Shown: positions 43,831 through 57,240 of the stretch, one piece after another
Position numbering within the stretch: position 1 is the stretch's first letter
How the letters are laid out: each line of letters opens with the position of its first letter
Assembly (NCBI GenBank): GCA_016934745.1
Contig: JAFGSF010000005.1
Location: forward strand, 39,829-103,828
From: Candidatus Aminicenantes bacterium
Lineage (GTDB): Bacteria > Acidobacteriota > Aminicenantia > UBA2199
Direction of reading: 5' to 3'
Length of the DNA: 64,000 bases
Translations under genes and position numbers: made by a program
Notes under the pieces: generated by a model
Seen by the model: the letters and a program-made list of their open reading frames with translations, nothing else
Told to the model about the DNA's origin: nothing
Databases searched by the model: none

Positions 43831-44517
43831 ATGAAAAGAAAAAGAATAAGTCTGTTCTTGACGGTCTTGTTTTTTATCAGCTTGGGCGCTGCCTGCACCA
43901 TCAACCTTCCCTATGATGCTTTTGATGATCTTGACGGCATAACCGTCATGATGAAGATCGAACCCGATGATGCCGATGTACTGCTCAATGGCAGGTTAAT
44001 CGGAAGCGCTTACGAATTTTCCACCCCCCGATCCGCTCTAAGTCTGGCTTCACGGCAAAACGAACTGGTTTTCAAAAAGAAGGGTTATGACGAAGAAGCC
44101 ATCGACCTGCGTTCCTATTCATCACGGAATATCACATTGAAAATCGACCTCAACTTGCAAACGGCAGAAACCACCGCTGATCCAGTTGGCGAAGGCATTC
44201 CCGTCCGCGAAGCTGATGAAGCCTACGCGGCCAAAAGCGAGATCCCACCACCACCTCCGGCGGTTGAAAAACCGACCGCGGCTGAAGAACGTTTCCTGTC
44301 AACCGTGGTGCTGTCGGTTACTCCCGTTGAGACCGCCATTTATATCGATGGCAAGTTCTGGGGGCTGGCCCCGACCCGGGGCAAAATCGAGAATCTTCGC
44401 CTGCAGCCCGGGAAATACGTTTTCGAAGCATTCAAGCCTGGGTTCAAGGTCTTCAAAAAAGAAATCACGGTTCCCAAACAGCTTCAATTTACCTTGACCA
44501 TCACCCTGCAGAAATAG
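43831..44517 (+). CDS. Lipoprotein with two PEGA-like domains
   Basis: Lipobox-like GAAC; P-x-x-A-x-V-x-LNG and IYIDG...PGKY...KPGF repeats joined by a Pro-rich linker. Confidence 0.75.
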   Translation: MKRKRISLFLTVLFFISLGAACTINLPYDAFDDLDGITVMMKIEPDDADVLLNGRLIGSAYEFSTPRSALSLASRQNELVFKKKGYDEEAIDLRSYSSRNITLKIDLNLQTAETTADPVGEGIPVREADEAYAAKSEIPPPPPAVEKPTAAEERFLSTVVLSVTPVETAIYIDGKFWGLAPTRGKIENLRLQPGKYVFEAFKPGFKVFKKEITVPKQLQFTLTITLQK

Positions 44518-44549
44518 GAATCCGCCCGGTCCGGTTCAGCAAATCCGCT

Positions 44550-45836
44550 TCAATGATATTCTTTAAAAATAACCGGGATTTTTTTCTTCAGCCAGTTGAA
44601 ATATTCTTTAACCGATTTTTCACCCGCCAGCCACCAGTTGCTGGCCAGGCCGTCTTTTTTCAGATCGCTGAAGATTTGACGTTCGGCATCGCTCAAATAA
44701 GAAGGTAACCGCCGCGCGAAAGGGCTTCCGGCCAGTGGGGAAAAATGGTGCAACTGAAAATAGACCCGGTATTTCTTTTTCAAGCTTTTCATCAACTCCA
44801 GCAATTCGCGGCGATCAGCAGCCGTTTCTCCGGGCAAGGCGATGATGAAATCCAGGTTGGCTGCGAAACCGGCGCTGTTGGCAACCTCAACCGCGGTGAT
44901 GATATCAAGCACCCGGTGGCCGCGGCCGATGGCCGCCAAGCGCACATCCGAAGCACTCTGGGCGCCAAAGGTCAGGCGTCGGTTGGCAACAAAATTAGCC
45001 AAGGTGGCTAAAACATCGTCGCGAACTGTATCGGGCCGTACCTCGCTGGGGAAAATCCCATATTCAATGAAATTAAAACCGGCCTGCCGGCAGCGCTCGA
45101 GTACAGCCCGTATTCTTCCCACATTCGGATGTCCGGGCTTTTCTGCACCAAACTCAAACGCCGAAGGTGAGATGAACCCGACGCGCGGCAGGCGGCGGCG
45201 CCGCAATTCCTCAAGATAAACGCTGATGGAATCCAGGCTCCGATAGCATGGGTTTTCACCGCCCGTCTGGCAATAGCGGCAGCGCCAGAAACAGCCCCGG
45301 GCAATTTCCAGAGGCGGCACTGTTTTCAAATACGCGGAAATCGGAAAATATTTTTCCCAGGATTCAACTTTCCGCTCACTGTCAGATTTATTGTCCAGGG
45401 TCTGGTCATCATAGATCATCGCTGCACGTGCAGTCAAATTTCCGGACAGCAGGTCGCGGCCGAAACGCAAAAAATTATCCTCTCCGGGACCACGAAAAAT
45501 GACATTAAAACCGCAATCCACGGATAAATCAGGTTCGGCGCTGACGTGGGGACCCCCGGCAGCCAATATTGGGGCTAGCGCGGCTCGCGAACGCAAATAA
45601 CCGATTTCTTCCGTCACCCAGGGCAGGTGCGGCGTCATGAAAGAATATATAAAAACATCTCCTTCCCTGATATCTTCACCAGGGCGGATAGACAACCGCC
45701 CAGGTGCGGCGTCAGCCAGATGGATGTCGAAATGACGATCTAAACCGTTCGTTTCCCAGATATTCAGCAGCAGTGGTATGGTCAGACGGTTGCCGGAAAA
45801 AACCCTGAAATAAATACGCCGTTTCCTGATTTTCAT
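44550..45836 (-). CDS. B12-binding domain/radical SAM protein (MJ_1487/TIGR04013-like)
   Basis: YSFMT, AGGPH, EIARGCFWRCRYCQT, FPSEVRPD, GAQSAS, RGH. Confidence 0.8.
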   Translation of the reverse strand: MKIRKRRIYFRVFSGNRLTIPLLLNIWETNGLDRHFDIHLADAAPGRLSIRPGEDIREGDVFIYSFMTPHLPWVTEEIGYLRSRAALAPILAAGGPHVSAEPDLSVDCGFNVIFRGPGEDNFLRFGRDLLSGNLTARAAMIYDDQTLDNKSDSERKVESWEKYFPISAYLKTVPPLEIARGCFWRCRYCQTGGENPCYRSLDSISVYLEELRRRRLPRVGFISPSAFEFGAEKPGHPNVGRIRAVLERCRQAGFNFIEYGIFPSEVRPDTVRDDVLATLANFVANRRLTFGAQSASDVRLAAIGRGHRVLDIITAVEVANSAGFAANLDFIIALPGETAADRRELLELMKSLKKKYRVYFQLHHFSPLAGSPFARRLPSYLSDAERQIFSDLKKDGLASNWWLAGEKSVKEYFNWLKKKIPVIFKEYH

Positions 45837-45875
45837 AATCCTGAAAGCCGCCGGCGAATGAGTGCGGCGGCCGCT

Positions 45876-46303
45876 CTATTTTTTAGCTGATTTTTTACAA
45901 ATATCCAGCTTGAGGCGCAATTCCTTTTGCCTGGCCAATTCCTCTTTCAGCTCCAGCGGCGTGATGGCTCCCTGGAAAGAAGACTTGACCCTGTCGTCAC
46001 TGGCCGCCAGTTTTTTTTTCAGTTCTTCCGCGTTGAAATCCTCGCCGCGTTCGATGGTGTCGATGATCAGGGTAATGTGGTTGTCTCTGACTTCCAAAAA
46101 ACCTTCCCCGCTGTAAAGATAATGCCTGACTCCGGCCATGTCGAGGTAGGAAATCTCACCAGGCTTGAGTTGCGACAGGTAAGGCAAATGATTGGATTTG
46201 ACTCCGGCTTCACCCCAAAAGGCCGGAATGTATAAATCCTTGATTTCACTGCGTAGAAAAACTTCGCGGAAGGAGATGATTTCCAATTCGATGGTTTCAG
46301 CCA

Positions 46304-46304
<1 letters not shown>
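45876..46304 (-). CDS. atpC: ATP synthase epsilon subunit
   Basis: Follows atpD; P-x-x-x-GE-x-G...H-x-P, GFLEV. Confidence 0.9.
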
Positions 46305-48635
<2,331 letters not shown>

Positions 48636-48636
<1 letters not shown>

Positions 48637-50156
48637 CAGGAATTGCCGGTTTTCTTGAATTCACCGCAGAATTCTTTAAGCATGGCCTGTATTTTTTGCT
48701 CCAGTTCCGGAGTGATTACTTTTTTCTCCTTTATTTCCTGAAAAATGGCCGGGTGTTGCTTTTGCGTAAATTCCAGCATTTCCTGCTGGAATTGATGCAC
48801 ACGATCTACAGGGAATTCATCCAGATAGCCGCGCGTGCCGGCAAAAATCGAAACGATCTGCTTTTCAACCGGCATGGGCATACCTTCATCCTGCTTGAGC
48901 AGCTCGGACAACCTTTTACCGCGTTCCAGCTGGGCAATGGTTATTTTATCGAGATCGGAACCAAACTGAGTAAAAGCCTCGAGTTCCCTGAATTGGGCCA
49001 GGTCCATTTTCAAGGAGCCAGCCACTTGCTTCATGGCTTTTATTTGAGCGTTTCCGCCGACCCGCGAAACGGAGATACCGACATCGATGGCCGGACGCTG
49101 TCCGGCGTTGAACAGGTCGGGCAGCAGGTAAATCTGGCCGTCGGTGATGGAGATGACATTGGTGGGGATATAACCCGAAACATCCGATGCCTGCGTTTCA
49201 ATGATCGGCAAAGCGGTCAATGATCCGCCGCCCTTTTCATCATTCATTTTTGCCGCCCGCTCCAGCAGCCGCGAGTGCAGGTAAAACACGTCGCCGGGAT
49301 ACGCCTCGCGTCCCGGCGGGCGGCGCAGCAACAGTGAAATTTCCCGGTAAGCTGCGGCATGTTTGGACAAGTCGTCGTAGACCAATAAGGCGTGCCGGCC
49401 ACGATCGCGGAAGTACTCGCCCATGGCACAACCCGAATATGGAGCGATGTACTGCAATGCCGCGGGGTCAGAAGCCGAGGCCACCACCACCACGGAATAC
49501 TCCATGGCCCCGGTTTCGGTCAGTGTTTTGACCACCTGGGCGACAGTGGATTGTTTCTGGCCAATGGCCACGTATATGCAAATGACATCCTGGCCTTTTT
49601 GATTGATAATGGTGTCCAGGGCAATGGCCGTTTTCCCGGTTTGGCGGTCGCCGATGATCAATTCGCGCTGACCGCGACCGATGGGAATCATGGCGTCTAT
49701 GGCCTTGATTCCAGTCTGCAAAGGTTCCTTGACCGGCTGACGATCAATGACCCCGGGGGCCAGGGCTTCGATGGGCATGAAAATGGTGGAGCGAATGGGA
49801 TCCTTGTCATCCAGGGGTTCTCCCAGGGGGTTGACCACACGTCCAATGACATTTTCTCCGGCAGGAATTGAAATGATCCGGCCGGTGCGCTTCACGATAT
49901 CCCCTTCCTTGATCTTGTGGCTTTCGGCCAGCAGAATGGAACCGACATTGTCCTCTTCCAGGTTCAAGGCAATCCCATAAATCTGGCCGGGGAATTCCAG
50001 CAATTCGTTGTACATGACATTGTCCAGGCCGTAAATGCGGGCGATGCCATCGCCGATCGTGATGACCACCCCGGTTTCCTCTTTTTTAAAATCAAAGGCA
50101 AAGCCTTCGATTTTCTGCCTGATCAATTCACTGATTTCATCGACTTTGATTAGCAT
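48636..50156 (-). CDS. atpA: ATP synthase alpha subunit
   Basis: [28 protein letters not shown]. Confidence 0.98.
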
Positions 50157-50702
50157 TTATTTTTCCCCTACAAGCGATTCGCGGAGTTTTTTCAGATTGC
50201 CGGCCAAAGAAAAATCGTAATGCAGCGATCCGCGCAGCAATCGGATCCCGGCTATCAAGGCCGGGTCAATTCCAAACTGCAGTCTGACCGGTTTATGCAG
50301 CGCTTTCTGCAAATTGCCAAGCAAACGTTCCTTCTGCGCGCCGTTGAGTTCGATGGAGGAAAATACTGTTATTTTCTCTACATCGTGCACGCGGCACCAG
50401 GCATCAGGCAATTGGCCTACAATCTGCTCAAGATAGGCAAAGCGGTTTTCGGCGACCAAGGTCAACAAAAAATGAAAACTATTGGCATGCAGCTTCATTT
50501 TATCTTTAATGATGTTGAGCGCCTTGATTTTCTCGGGCTGGGAGATCATGAAAGTCGCCAGGCCGACCTTCAGCTTGTCATCAGCGGCCAGCAGGGTAAG
50601 GACAGAATCCAGTTCATCGCGAACGCGCTTGAATTCATTTTCATCGGCAATGGTCAGAACCAGGGCCTTGGCATAGCGCCTGACCAGGCTACTTTGCTTC
50701 AT
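50157..50702 (-). CDS. atpH: ATP synthase delta subunit
   Basis: RYAKAL, DPALIAGI, YDFS. Confidence 0.92.
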   Translation of the reverse strand: MKQSSLVRRYAKALVLTIADENEFKRVRDELDSVLTLLAADDKLKVGLATFMISQPEKIKALNIIKDKMKLHANSFHFLLTLVAENRFAYLEQIVGQLPDAWCRVHDVEKITVFSSIELNGAQKERLLGNLQKALHKPVRLQFGIDPALIAGIRLLRGSLHYDFSLAGNLKKLRESLVGEK

Positions 50703-51273
50703 CGATATCTCCGCAGTCCGAGATGTTGCGCTCAATGATTTTTTGTTGCATGTCGACATCCAGGCTTCTCATGAAATCCGCCTGGAAATGTGCAATGGCC
50801 AGGTCGGCGATATGGCTTTTAATGGAACGCACGGCCGCATCGACCCGTAATTGGATTTCCTCCTCGCTCAGAGCGATGATGCGTGCGGCTTCATCACGGC
50901 CGGCCGCTTCGAGTCGGGCCAATTCTTCCTGGCCATTGGCCAAGGCGTTTGATTTGATCTGTTCAACTTCCAGCGCCACTTTTTGTAGACGCTGCTCAAT
51001 ATCTTGCAGCAAGGCAGTTGTATCGGCAAGTTTTTTTTCACGCTCATGAAAATCGTTTACGATCCCTGCACTCTTCTCAGACAGCATTTTAATCAGCGGC
51101 TTTCGCAGCAACAGGGCCAGCCCGCCGAAAAGAATCGTGGAATTGAAAACCTTGCCAAGCACATTGAACCAATCCACATGATGGGAAGCGGCGTCATGGG
51201 CTTCTTCGCCTGCCGAAGCGGTCAGCAGCATGACCGCTAGAAGCAAGAGGGCGAAAATTTTGATTTTTTTCAT
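50689..51273 (-). CDS. atpF: ATP synthase b subunit
   Basis: TM helix (FN...KP) plus coiled coil; operon position. Confidence 0.85.
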   Translation of the reverse strand: MKKIKIFALLLLAVMLLTASAGEEAHDAASHHVDWFNVLGKVFNSTILFGGLALLLRKPLIKMLSEKSAGIVNDFHEREKKLADTTALLQDIEQRLQKVALEVEQIKSNALANGQEELARLEAAGRDEAARIIALSEEEIQLRVDAAVRSIKSHIADLAIAHFQADFMRSLDVDMQQKIIERNISDCGDIDEAK

Positions 51274-51683
51274 AAATAGGCTTTTTTGATTTTTTCACTG
51301 AAGACAACGATCTCCTTTTCCAGGAGCTTCTCGGCAACCGCGACCTCTTTTTCCAATGCAGCCATCTTTTCCACCATGATCCGCGCCGCTTGTTCCTTGG
51401 CCTCGGACAAGTTCCGGGCACGCACGTCAATTCCCTTTTTCGACCATTCCTCCCTGATGCGCGACGCCTCCAGGCGTGCCTGATCCATTTGGTTTTCAAG
51501 ATCCCGGGTATGGGTTTCAACCTGTTCGGTCAATTTTTGCAAACGCTGGTTGTCAGCGGCGACCTTCGATTCTCTTTCATTGATGATCTTTTCCATTGGC
51601 TTGAAAAAAATATGAGTTAAAACGAGATAAAGTGCGCTAACCATGAAAAAAATCCAAAGCAGGGAAGAATTCAAGTCTAACAT
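51270..51683 (-). CDS. atpF: ATP synthase b' subunit
   Basis: TM helix, FFKPM...ERE, coiled coil. Confidence 0.85.
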   Translation of the reverse strand: MLDLNSSLLWIFFMVSALYLVLTHIFFKPMEKIINERESKVAADNQRLQKLTEQVETHTRDLENQMDQARLEASRIREEWSKKGIDVRARNLSEAKEQAARIMVEKMAALEKEVAVAEKLLEKEIVVFSEKIKKAYL

Positions 51684-51689
51684 AGAGGA

Positions 51690-51718
51690 AATGTACCATA
51701 TCATTCCCTAAAAATCAA
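51690..51718 (-). promoter_or_regulatory. atp operon promoter TTGATT-17-TACATT with extended TG, leaderless
   Basis: 6 nt (TCCTCT) to ATG 51683; no SD. Confidence 0.6.
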
Positions 51719-51736
51719 TATACCGTCATGAGCGAA

Positions 51737-51765
51737 TTGACAGGCATGGACTTATTGGTTAAGAT
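51737..51765 (+). promoter_or_regulatory. dedA promoter TTGACA-17-TAAGAT
   Basis: Canonical spacing; GGAG SD downstream. Confidence 0.65.
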
Positions 51766-51829
51766 ATCCGTTCACGGCGCACCCGTTTGGGGCGTCAGGT
51801 CGCAAAAATTCAGCTGAACTGGAGACCTC

Positions 51830-52477
51830 ATGGAACTGGTCGGAAAATTGTTTGATTTCATCATGCACATCGATGTCCATTTAAATTCCCTGATCGTATC
51901 CTACCAACTCTGGACCTATTTGATATTGTTCGTTATAATTTTTTGCGAAACCGGCCTGGTCATTACCCCCTTCCTCCCCGGTGACTCGCTGCTTTTCGCC
52001 ACCGGTGCCCTGGCTGCCACCCCGGGCAGCCCGTTGAAAGTCCACTGGGTATTCCTGATCCTCAGCCTTGCGGCTGTGATTGGCGACACCGTCAACTACT
52101 GGATCGGCCATTTCATCGGTCCCAAGATTTTCAGCCAGAAAAAGATACGATTATTAAAAAAAGAACACCTGGAACGAACCCATGAATTTTATGAAAAGCA
52201 CGGCGGCATTACCATTGTGCTGGCTCGCTTCATCCCCATCATACGCACCTTCGCGCCGTTCGTGGCCGGCATCGGCCGCATGTCCTATTGGCGCTTCATC
52301 GCCTACAACGTCGGCGGCGGCATCGCCTGGGTGGCCATTTTCGTTTTCGGCGGTTATTTCTTCGGCAATCTGCCCGTGGTCAGGCGCAATTTCACCGTGG
52401 TCATCATCGCCATCATCTTCATATCCGTTCTGCCCGGGGTAATCGAGTACCTGCGGCAAAGGCGGAAGCAGGCCTAG
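51830..52477 (+). CDS. dedA: DedA family membrane protein
   Basis: FCETGL...[32 protein letters not shown]. Confidence 0.95.
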   Translation: MELVGKLFDFIMHIDVHLNSLIVSYQLWTYLILFVIIFCETGLVITPFLPGDSLLFATGALAATPGSPLKVHWVFLILSLAAVIGDTVNYWIGHFIGPKIFSQKKIRLLKKEHLERTHEFYEKHGGITIVLARFIPIIRTFAPFVAGIGRMSYWRFIAYNVGGGIAWVAIFVFGGYFFGNLPVVRRNFTVVIIAIIFISVLPGVIEYLRQRRKQA

Positions 52478-52633
52478 AACCAGCGGCTCAAAATACAGAA
52501 ATCGGCATTCGGTTCACAGTGAAAGGCGCCAGTTAAAAAAAGGTCTGCATGCTGCCTATTTTTTTTTCAATATTTGCCGTCCATACTGTGATGATGGCAA
52601 AGGCACACGTCGCACCCTTCCTGAATCATACAA

Positions 52634-55600
52634 TCAGTTTATGCTCAGATCGGTCGGTAGCTCGACGATGAACCGGGATCCAACTCCCGATTTGGAGTCC
52701 ACCTGAATCTCGCCTCCATGAAGGTCGACGAGCATCTTGACAATCGCCAAGCCAAGCCCGAAAGAGGACTCGCCGCCGGTCGGTCTGGCGCTGAGCTTCT
52801 GGAATTTGCCAAATATTTTCCGGCGATCATCCTCGGTGAAGCCCGGGCCCTCGTCCTCAATGATTAAGCGGCATCGTCCCCCGGCCCCTTCCGTGATCAC
52901 CCTGATGGAGCCGCCCAGCGGCGTGTACTTGACGGCATTCGAGACAAGGTTATCGACGATCTCGCGCATCCGTTCTTCATCCGCCCTGACCAGGCACTTG
53001 TAGCAGTTGACCAATTGAAGCGTCTGCTGCTTCTGCTGGACAAACGGCTCGTATGTCTGAGCCACGAGCTGGGCCGTCTGGTTCAGGTCGACCCGGGTCT
53101 TGTTCAGTACGATGTTTCCGGCCTCCAGGGAAGAGGTTTGAAGCAGGTCGTGGATAAGCTGGCTCATGCGCTCGCTGGTCTCCTGGATGACGAGCGCCTT
53201 CTGCCGGACATAGTCCGGATTCCCGGCCTTGAGGCTGAGTAGCTCGGAGTAGCCCATGATCAGCTGCAGGGGGCTGCGCAGGTCGTGGGCGGCGACGCCC
53301 ATGAGCTCCGTCTTGAGCTGGTTGGCCAGTTCCAGCTCATTGTTTTTCTCAGCCAGCTGCTGCCGCGCCAACGCTTCCTGTTCAAGTGCTTGTTCGACGC
53401 TTTCCTTGGCCAGTTTGAGATCTTCAGTGCGCTGGTGGACCCTGGTCTCGAGGATATCGCGTCGGTGCTTCAGGTAGCGTATGCGGAGGCGATGACTCAA
53501 CATGACAGCGCTCACGGCAAGTAAAAAGCCGAACAGAATGAAGGCGCGCGTCTGGTACCAGCGTGTCCGCACCGTGAACGCGAATCCGGCGCTGTGCTCG
53601 CTCCAATCCCGGCCATTGGTGGATGCCGCGATACGGACGATATAATTCCCGGCTCCTGGATTGGACAGATTGATACGGCCGCTTTTTCCTAGATCATGCC
53701 AGTCTGAGCTCAGTCCGTCGATGCGGTACCGGTAATGTACGTTCTCCGGTTCCTGCAGGTCCAGCCCGACAAAAGAGAGCTCGATCATGCGAACGTCTGC
53801 TGAGAACTGTGCAGGAAGTAACGGATCGATCTCCCGGTTATCAACCTGGATATTCTCAATCACGACTGGCGGTGGCGACTTGACAGGCATCTGGTAAGCA
53901 GGGTCGACAATCACCACGCCGCCCACTGTGGAGAAGGCCAGCCTTCCGTCCAGAGTGCGGACTGCCGACGGCGAATACCCGCCGGAGCACTCCGTGGCCT
54001 TCATCCCGTCAGATTGGCCATAGAGAATCGGGTGCAGTCGGTCACTGGCGCCATCGGCGACCGCGTTGAGTTCGGCGCTGCTGACTTTGAATACACCGCG
54101 ATTATTACTCATCCACAGGTAGTCGAACTGGTCGTTCAGGATACTGTAAACGGTATTGCCGGGCAGTCCCTGCGACTCGCCGACGCGGACGAACTGCCGA
54201 CCGCGGACGCGGTACAGGCCATCGGTGTAGGTGCCGAACCACAGTGTCCCGGACGCCTCTTCGAACGCGCTTAAAAATATCGGGCGCTCACTGCAGCCGG
54301 GAATCTCGACTGGCACAGGCCCATCGGCCCGAAGTAAGAACAACCTGGTGCGCGAGCCCATCCAGATTTGTCCAGCAGTGGACTCGAAAAGGAGGAAGAT
54401 GCCCTCCCCTGTCAGCGCCTGTCCTGGATCAGGCTTCACCAGCCTGCCGCCGTCGAAATGGCAATATCCCAAAGCTGTTCCGACCCAAACACGATCCTGG
54501 CGATCGGCCAGCAGCGAATAAATGACGCTGCTCGGCAGTCCTTCCCGTGTGGTGAAGAGGGCGGAGCCGGCGCTGCTGAGCCGGACCAGCCCGCGGTTGG
54601 TTCCAACCCAGAGCTGCCCGCGATGGTCATCGTGAAGCGCTCTGATAGTGTTTCTCTTGAGGATATCGGGCGAACCGATGGATTGCATCATGCCTTCCGG
54701 ATCCAACCGGTTCAGGCCACTCTCGGTGCCGATCCAGAGGCGGTTCTTGCTGTCGCAGAAGTTTGCGGTGACCAAGTCGTTGCCGAGCCCCTTCTGTCTG
54801 TCGTAGGTAATGAAGAGATCACGTGAAAGCCGGAAGAGGGAGTTGGGTGTCGCCATCCAGACGAATCCCCGGCGATCTTGATGGAAGGCCTTGACAATCC
54901 CGGCCTGCCGATAAGTAGCTTGCCTGGCCACGATACGTATTGTCATATCCGGTCCGATCTGGGCGATTCCCGACGCCGTCCCGATCCACAGAAGTCCATC
55001 ATGATCCAGAAAGACCTGTGTGACAAGGTCATCGGGCAGCCCATCGTGGGTCGTGAACTGGCGGCGCTCGCCCCGATCAACGAATGACAACCCCGCTTCG
55101 GTTGCAACCCACAATCTGTTTTGCCCGTCCGCACAAACATCCCTGATTACCCCGGGCTCCGAATGAATTTGCCGCAGCCCGCCTTGGTCCCAGCGGAAAA
55201 TGGAGGAGGAAGTCGCCACCAGGAGCTGACCTCCAGACATGCTGGCCAAGGCCACGATCTCGAGCCCCGCCAGGGGCGCGAGTTCGCCGAGAACGACCAG
55301 CTTGCCCCGATCGATGACCGCCGGACCCTTGCGGGTTCCGATCCACAGCCGACCATAAAGGTCTTCATGCAATGCGTTGACCTGCATGCTGGGCAGGAGG
55401 CGCCTGTCCACGACCATGGCAAAAGTGCGATCGTGGTAGGCGACGATCTCGCCGTTGTAACTGTACAGCCACAGGGTGCCGTCGCGGGTGGTCAATAAGC
55501 GGCGGATGTCGTTATGGCCCAAAACCGGAACATTCGCAGTATTGAAGACGAAGAACTCACGGCCATTGAAGCGCACCAGCCCTTCCTGGGTTGCCAGCCA

Positions 55601-55801
55601 CAGGTATCCATCTGGGGTTTCTTCAAGGTCGGAGATATTGACGGATGGCACCCCTTCCGGGTAGCCCCAGCGCCTCAAGTTCTCGTGCATTCCAGCCGGG
55701 CCCAGCTCAAGCTCTTGTCCGTACGCAGCCATGGAGCAGGCGAGCAGGACAGCCAGCATCACCAGCCAGGGAGTACTGATCGAAAAACCAATTTTCCCCA
55801 T
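52634..55801 (-). CDS. Beta-propeller (Reg_prop)/Y_Y_Y sensor histidine kinase
   Basis: Repeated GL-x-x-x-x-V...D-x-x-G-x-LW-x-GT blades, YRYR, TM, HDLRSPL, NAVKY, DEGPG, GLGL. Confidence 0.9.
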   Translation of the reverse strand: MGKIGFSISTPWLVMLAVLLACSMAAYGQELELGPAGMHENLRRWGYPEGVPSVNISDLEETPDGYLWLATQEGLVRFNGREFFVFNTANVPVLGHNDIRRLLTTRDGTLWLYSYNGEIVAYHDRTFAMVVDRRLLPSMQVNALHEDLYGRLWIGTRKGPAVIDRGKLVVLGELAPLAGLEIVALASMSGGQLLVATSSSIFRWDQGGLRQIHSEPGVIRDVCADGQNRLWVATEAGLSFVDRGERRQFTTHDGLPDDLVTQVFLDHDGLLWIGTASGIAQIGPDMTIRIVARQATYRQAGIVKAFHQDRRGFVWMATPNSLFRLSRDLFITYDRQKGLGNDLVTANFCDSKNRLWIGTESGLNRLDPEGMMQSIGSPDILKRNTIRALHDDHRGQLWVGTNRGLVRLSSAGSALFTTREGLPSSVIYSLLADRQDRVWVGTALGYCHFDGGRLVKPDPGQALTGEGIFLLFESTAGQIWMGSRTRLFLLRADGPVPVEIPGCSERPIFLSAFEEASGTLWFGTYTDGLYRVRGRQFVRVGESQGLPGNTVYSILNDQFDYLWMSNNRGVFKVSSAELNAVADGASDRLHPILYGQSDGMKATECSGGYSPSAVRTLDGRLAFSTVGGVVIVDPAYQMPVKSPPPVVIENIQVDNREIDPLLPAQFSADVRMIELSFVGLDLQEPENVHYRYRIDGLSSDWHDLGKSGRINLSNPGAGNYIVRIAASTNGRDWSEHSAGFAFTVRTRWYQTRAFILFGFLLAVSAVMLSHRLRIRYLKHRRDILETRVHQRTEDLKLAKESVEQALEQEALARQQLAEKNNELELANQLKTELMGVAAHDLRSPLQLIMGYSELLSLKAGNPDYVRQKALVIQETSERMSQLIHDLLQTSSLEAGNIVLNKTRVDLNQTAQLVAQTYEPFVQQKQQTLQLVNCYKCLVRADEERMREIVDNLVSNAVKYTPLGGSIRVITEGAGGRCRLIIEDEGPGFTEDDRRKIFGKFQKLSARPTGGESSFGLGLAIVKMLVDLHGGEIQVDSKSGVGSRFIVELPTDLSIN

Positions 55802-55807
55802 GGATAG

Positions 55808-55836
55808 TTTATACCTCGTGGGAAGACGATTTTCAA
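55808..55836 (-). promoter_or_regulatory. Promoter TTGAAA-17-TATAAA, leaderless
   Basis: 6 nt to ATG 55801. Confidence 0.6.
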
Positions 55837-55948
55837 GGACTTGGCGTGTATTTCACTAGCCAAGATAAAAAAAATCGAATTCACCACACCGAAAGCAATT
55901 AAAATTGGATATGTGGATGATTGGGATAACCGAGCCACATGTCAGGCG

Positions 55949-57238
55949 TTATACGTCACAGGTCACATCTATCTCTTCGAGCTTGGCGATCTTCTGCCGC
56001 AGACGCTGCAGCCGCTTTTCCAGGTCCTGCTGCTGGCTTGGGCTCAGGGTTACACTGCCCAGAGCCTTCTCCACGATTTCGACCGCCTGGTAATAATTGC
56101 GCTCCCGGTGCTCGTAATGCACCGATATTTCACGGAAAGCCTGCAAATCGTTGGTCCCGGAAAGGATCTCCCACAGCGTCATCGCTTCGATGTACAATTT
56201 TTTCTTTTTTAACAAAACAGACAGACGGCGCACGGCTTGCTCACTGACCGCATTGCGGCCGCTGACATCCTTGGCAATGCGGTAGTAAGCTTCGGCTTTT
56301 TCCAACAGTCCCGCCCGTTCGCAAAGTAAACCTAGACCAAGTATCTCACCTTCATCACCGGTCAGTTTATAATCGTCCAGGTAGCGGGCGCCCAGCAGCA
56401 CTACGGCCGCCAGCCCGACCAGATCCATGGCATTATGCTCGATAATCGGTTCGATAACGGAAAAATCATTGTGGCGCAGAAAGTTGAAATACAGAGCTGG
56501 AATGGTACTGGCATCGATATCGTCGGCACGAGAAAGCCCCAGCAGCATTTCGCCCAAATAGCCCAACTTGCGTGAATCAAAGGTATTTTTCCACAGCGTA
56601 CGGGCCGGAAAAAGAAAATCGAGATGGAGTAAATCCAGCAGCGGCATACGCCGGCGCTGCAGGATATAGCGGGTTTCCAGCAAGGGGAAATCAAAGGCCT
56701 TGCCGTTGAAGGTCACGATGGCTGAAAAGTTTCCTGTTTTTAAAAATTCATCGACCGCGGCCAGAAATTCCCCTTCACGGTCCAGATCCTGGAGTAAAAA
56801 TATCTTGACCTGAAAAACCTGCTCGCTAAAAAAGCCGAAACCAAGCATGAAGGGAATCGTACCGGTTCCACCGGCCAGCCCGGTGGTCTCGGTGTCAAAA
56901 AAAAGCACTTTGTGGATATCCAGTCCGGAAAAAGCGCTGCTGCCCGAGATAATGGCCAACGCTTCAGGCTGCAGGGCGTACCAATCGCCGAGGCGCACCT
57001 TGCCATAACGACCTTCCCGTGGATAAAAAAAATCCTTGACCAGGAAAGGTTCGCGGTCAACCACCACGGGAGCTTCCCTTCGTCTGCCTGCAGTGAGCCC
57101 CTTTCTTTTCAAGTTCTGCAGGACCAGTTTTTCAAGTTTTTCCCGGGTGGTCAGCCCATCGGCATTATCCAGGCCATTCAGCTTTTTATGAATGCGTTTA
57201 GGCCCAATCTCCTTAAGCCGGTCATGAAGTTTTCTCAT
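55949..57238 (-). CDS. YprB/MrfB-like DEDDh exonuclease with C-terminal TPR
   Basis: FFDTETTGL, TFNGKAFD, HLD, HNAMD; TPR-like tail (YEHR). Confidence 0.85.
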   Translation of the reverse strand: MRKLHDRLKEIGPKRIHKKLNGLDNADGLTTREKLEKLVLQNLKRKGLTAGRRREAPVVVDREPFLVKDFFYPREGRYGKVRLGDWYALQPEALAIISGSSAFSGLDIHKVLFFDTETTGLAGGTGTIPFMLGFGFFSEQVFQVKIFLLQDLDREGEFLAAVDEFLKTGNFSAIVTFNGKAFDFPLLETRYILQRRRMPLLDLLHLDFLFPARTLWKNTFDSRKLGYLGEMLLGLSRADDIDASTIPALYFNFLRHNDFSVIEPIIEHNAMDLVGLAAVVLLGARYLDDYKLTGDEGEILGLGLLCERAGLLEKAEAYYRIAKDVSGRNAVSEQAVRRLSVLLKKKKLYIEAMTLWEILSGTNDLQAFREISVHYEHRERNYYQAVEIVEKALGSVTLSPSQQQDLEKRLQRLRQKIAKLEEIDVTCDV

Positions 57239-57240
57239 GC

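Noticed and set aside
52533..52568. A-tract/T-tract terminator-like element between dedA and the kinase
   Set aside because: Stem too imperfect to call.
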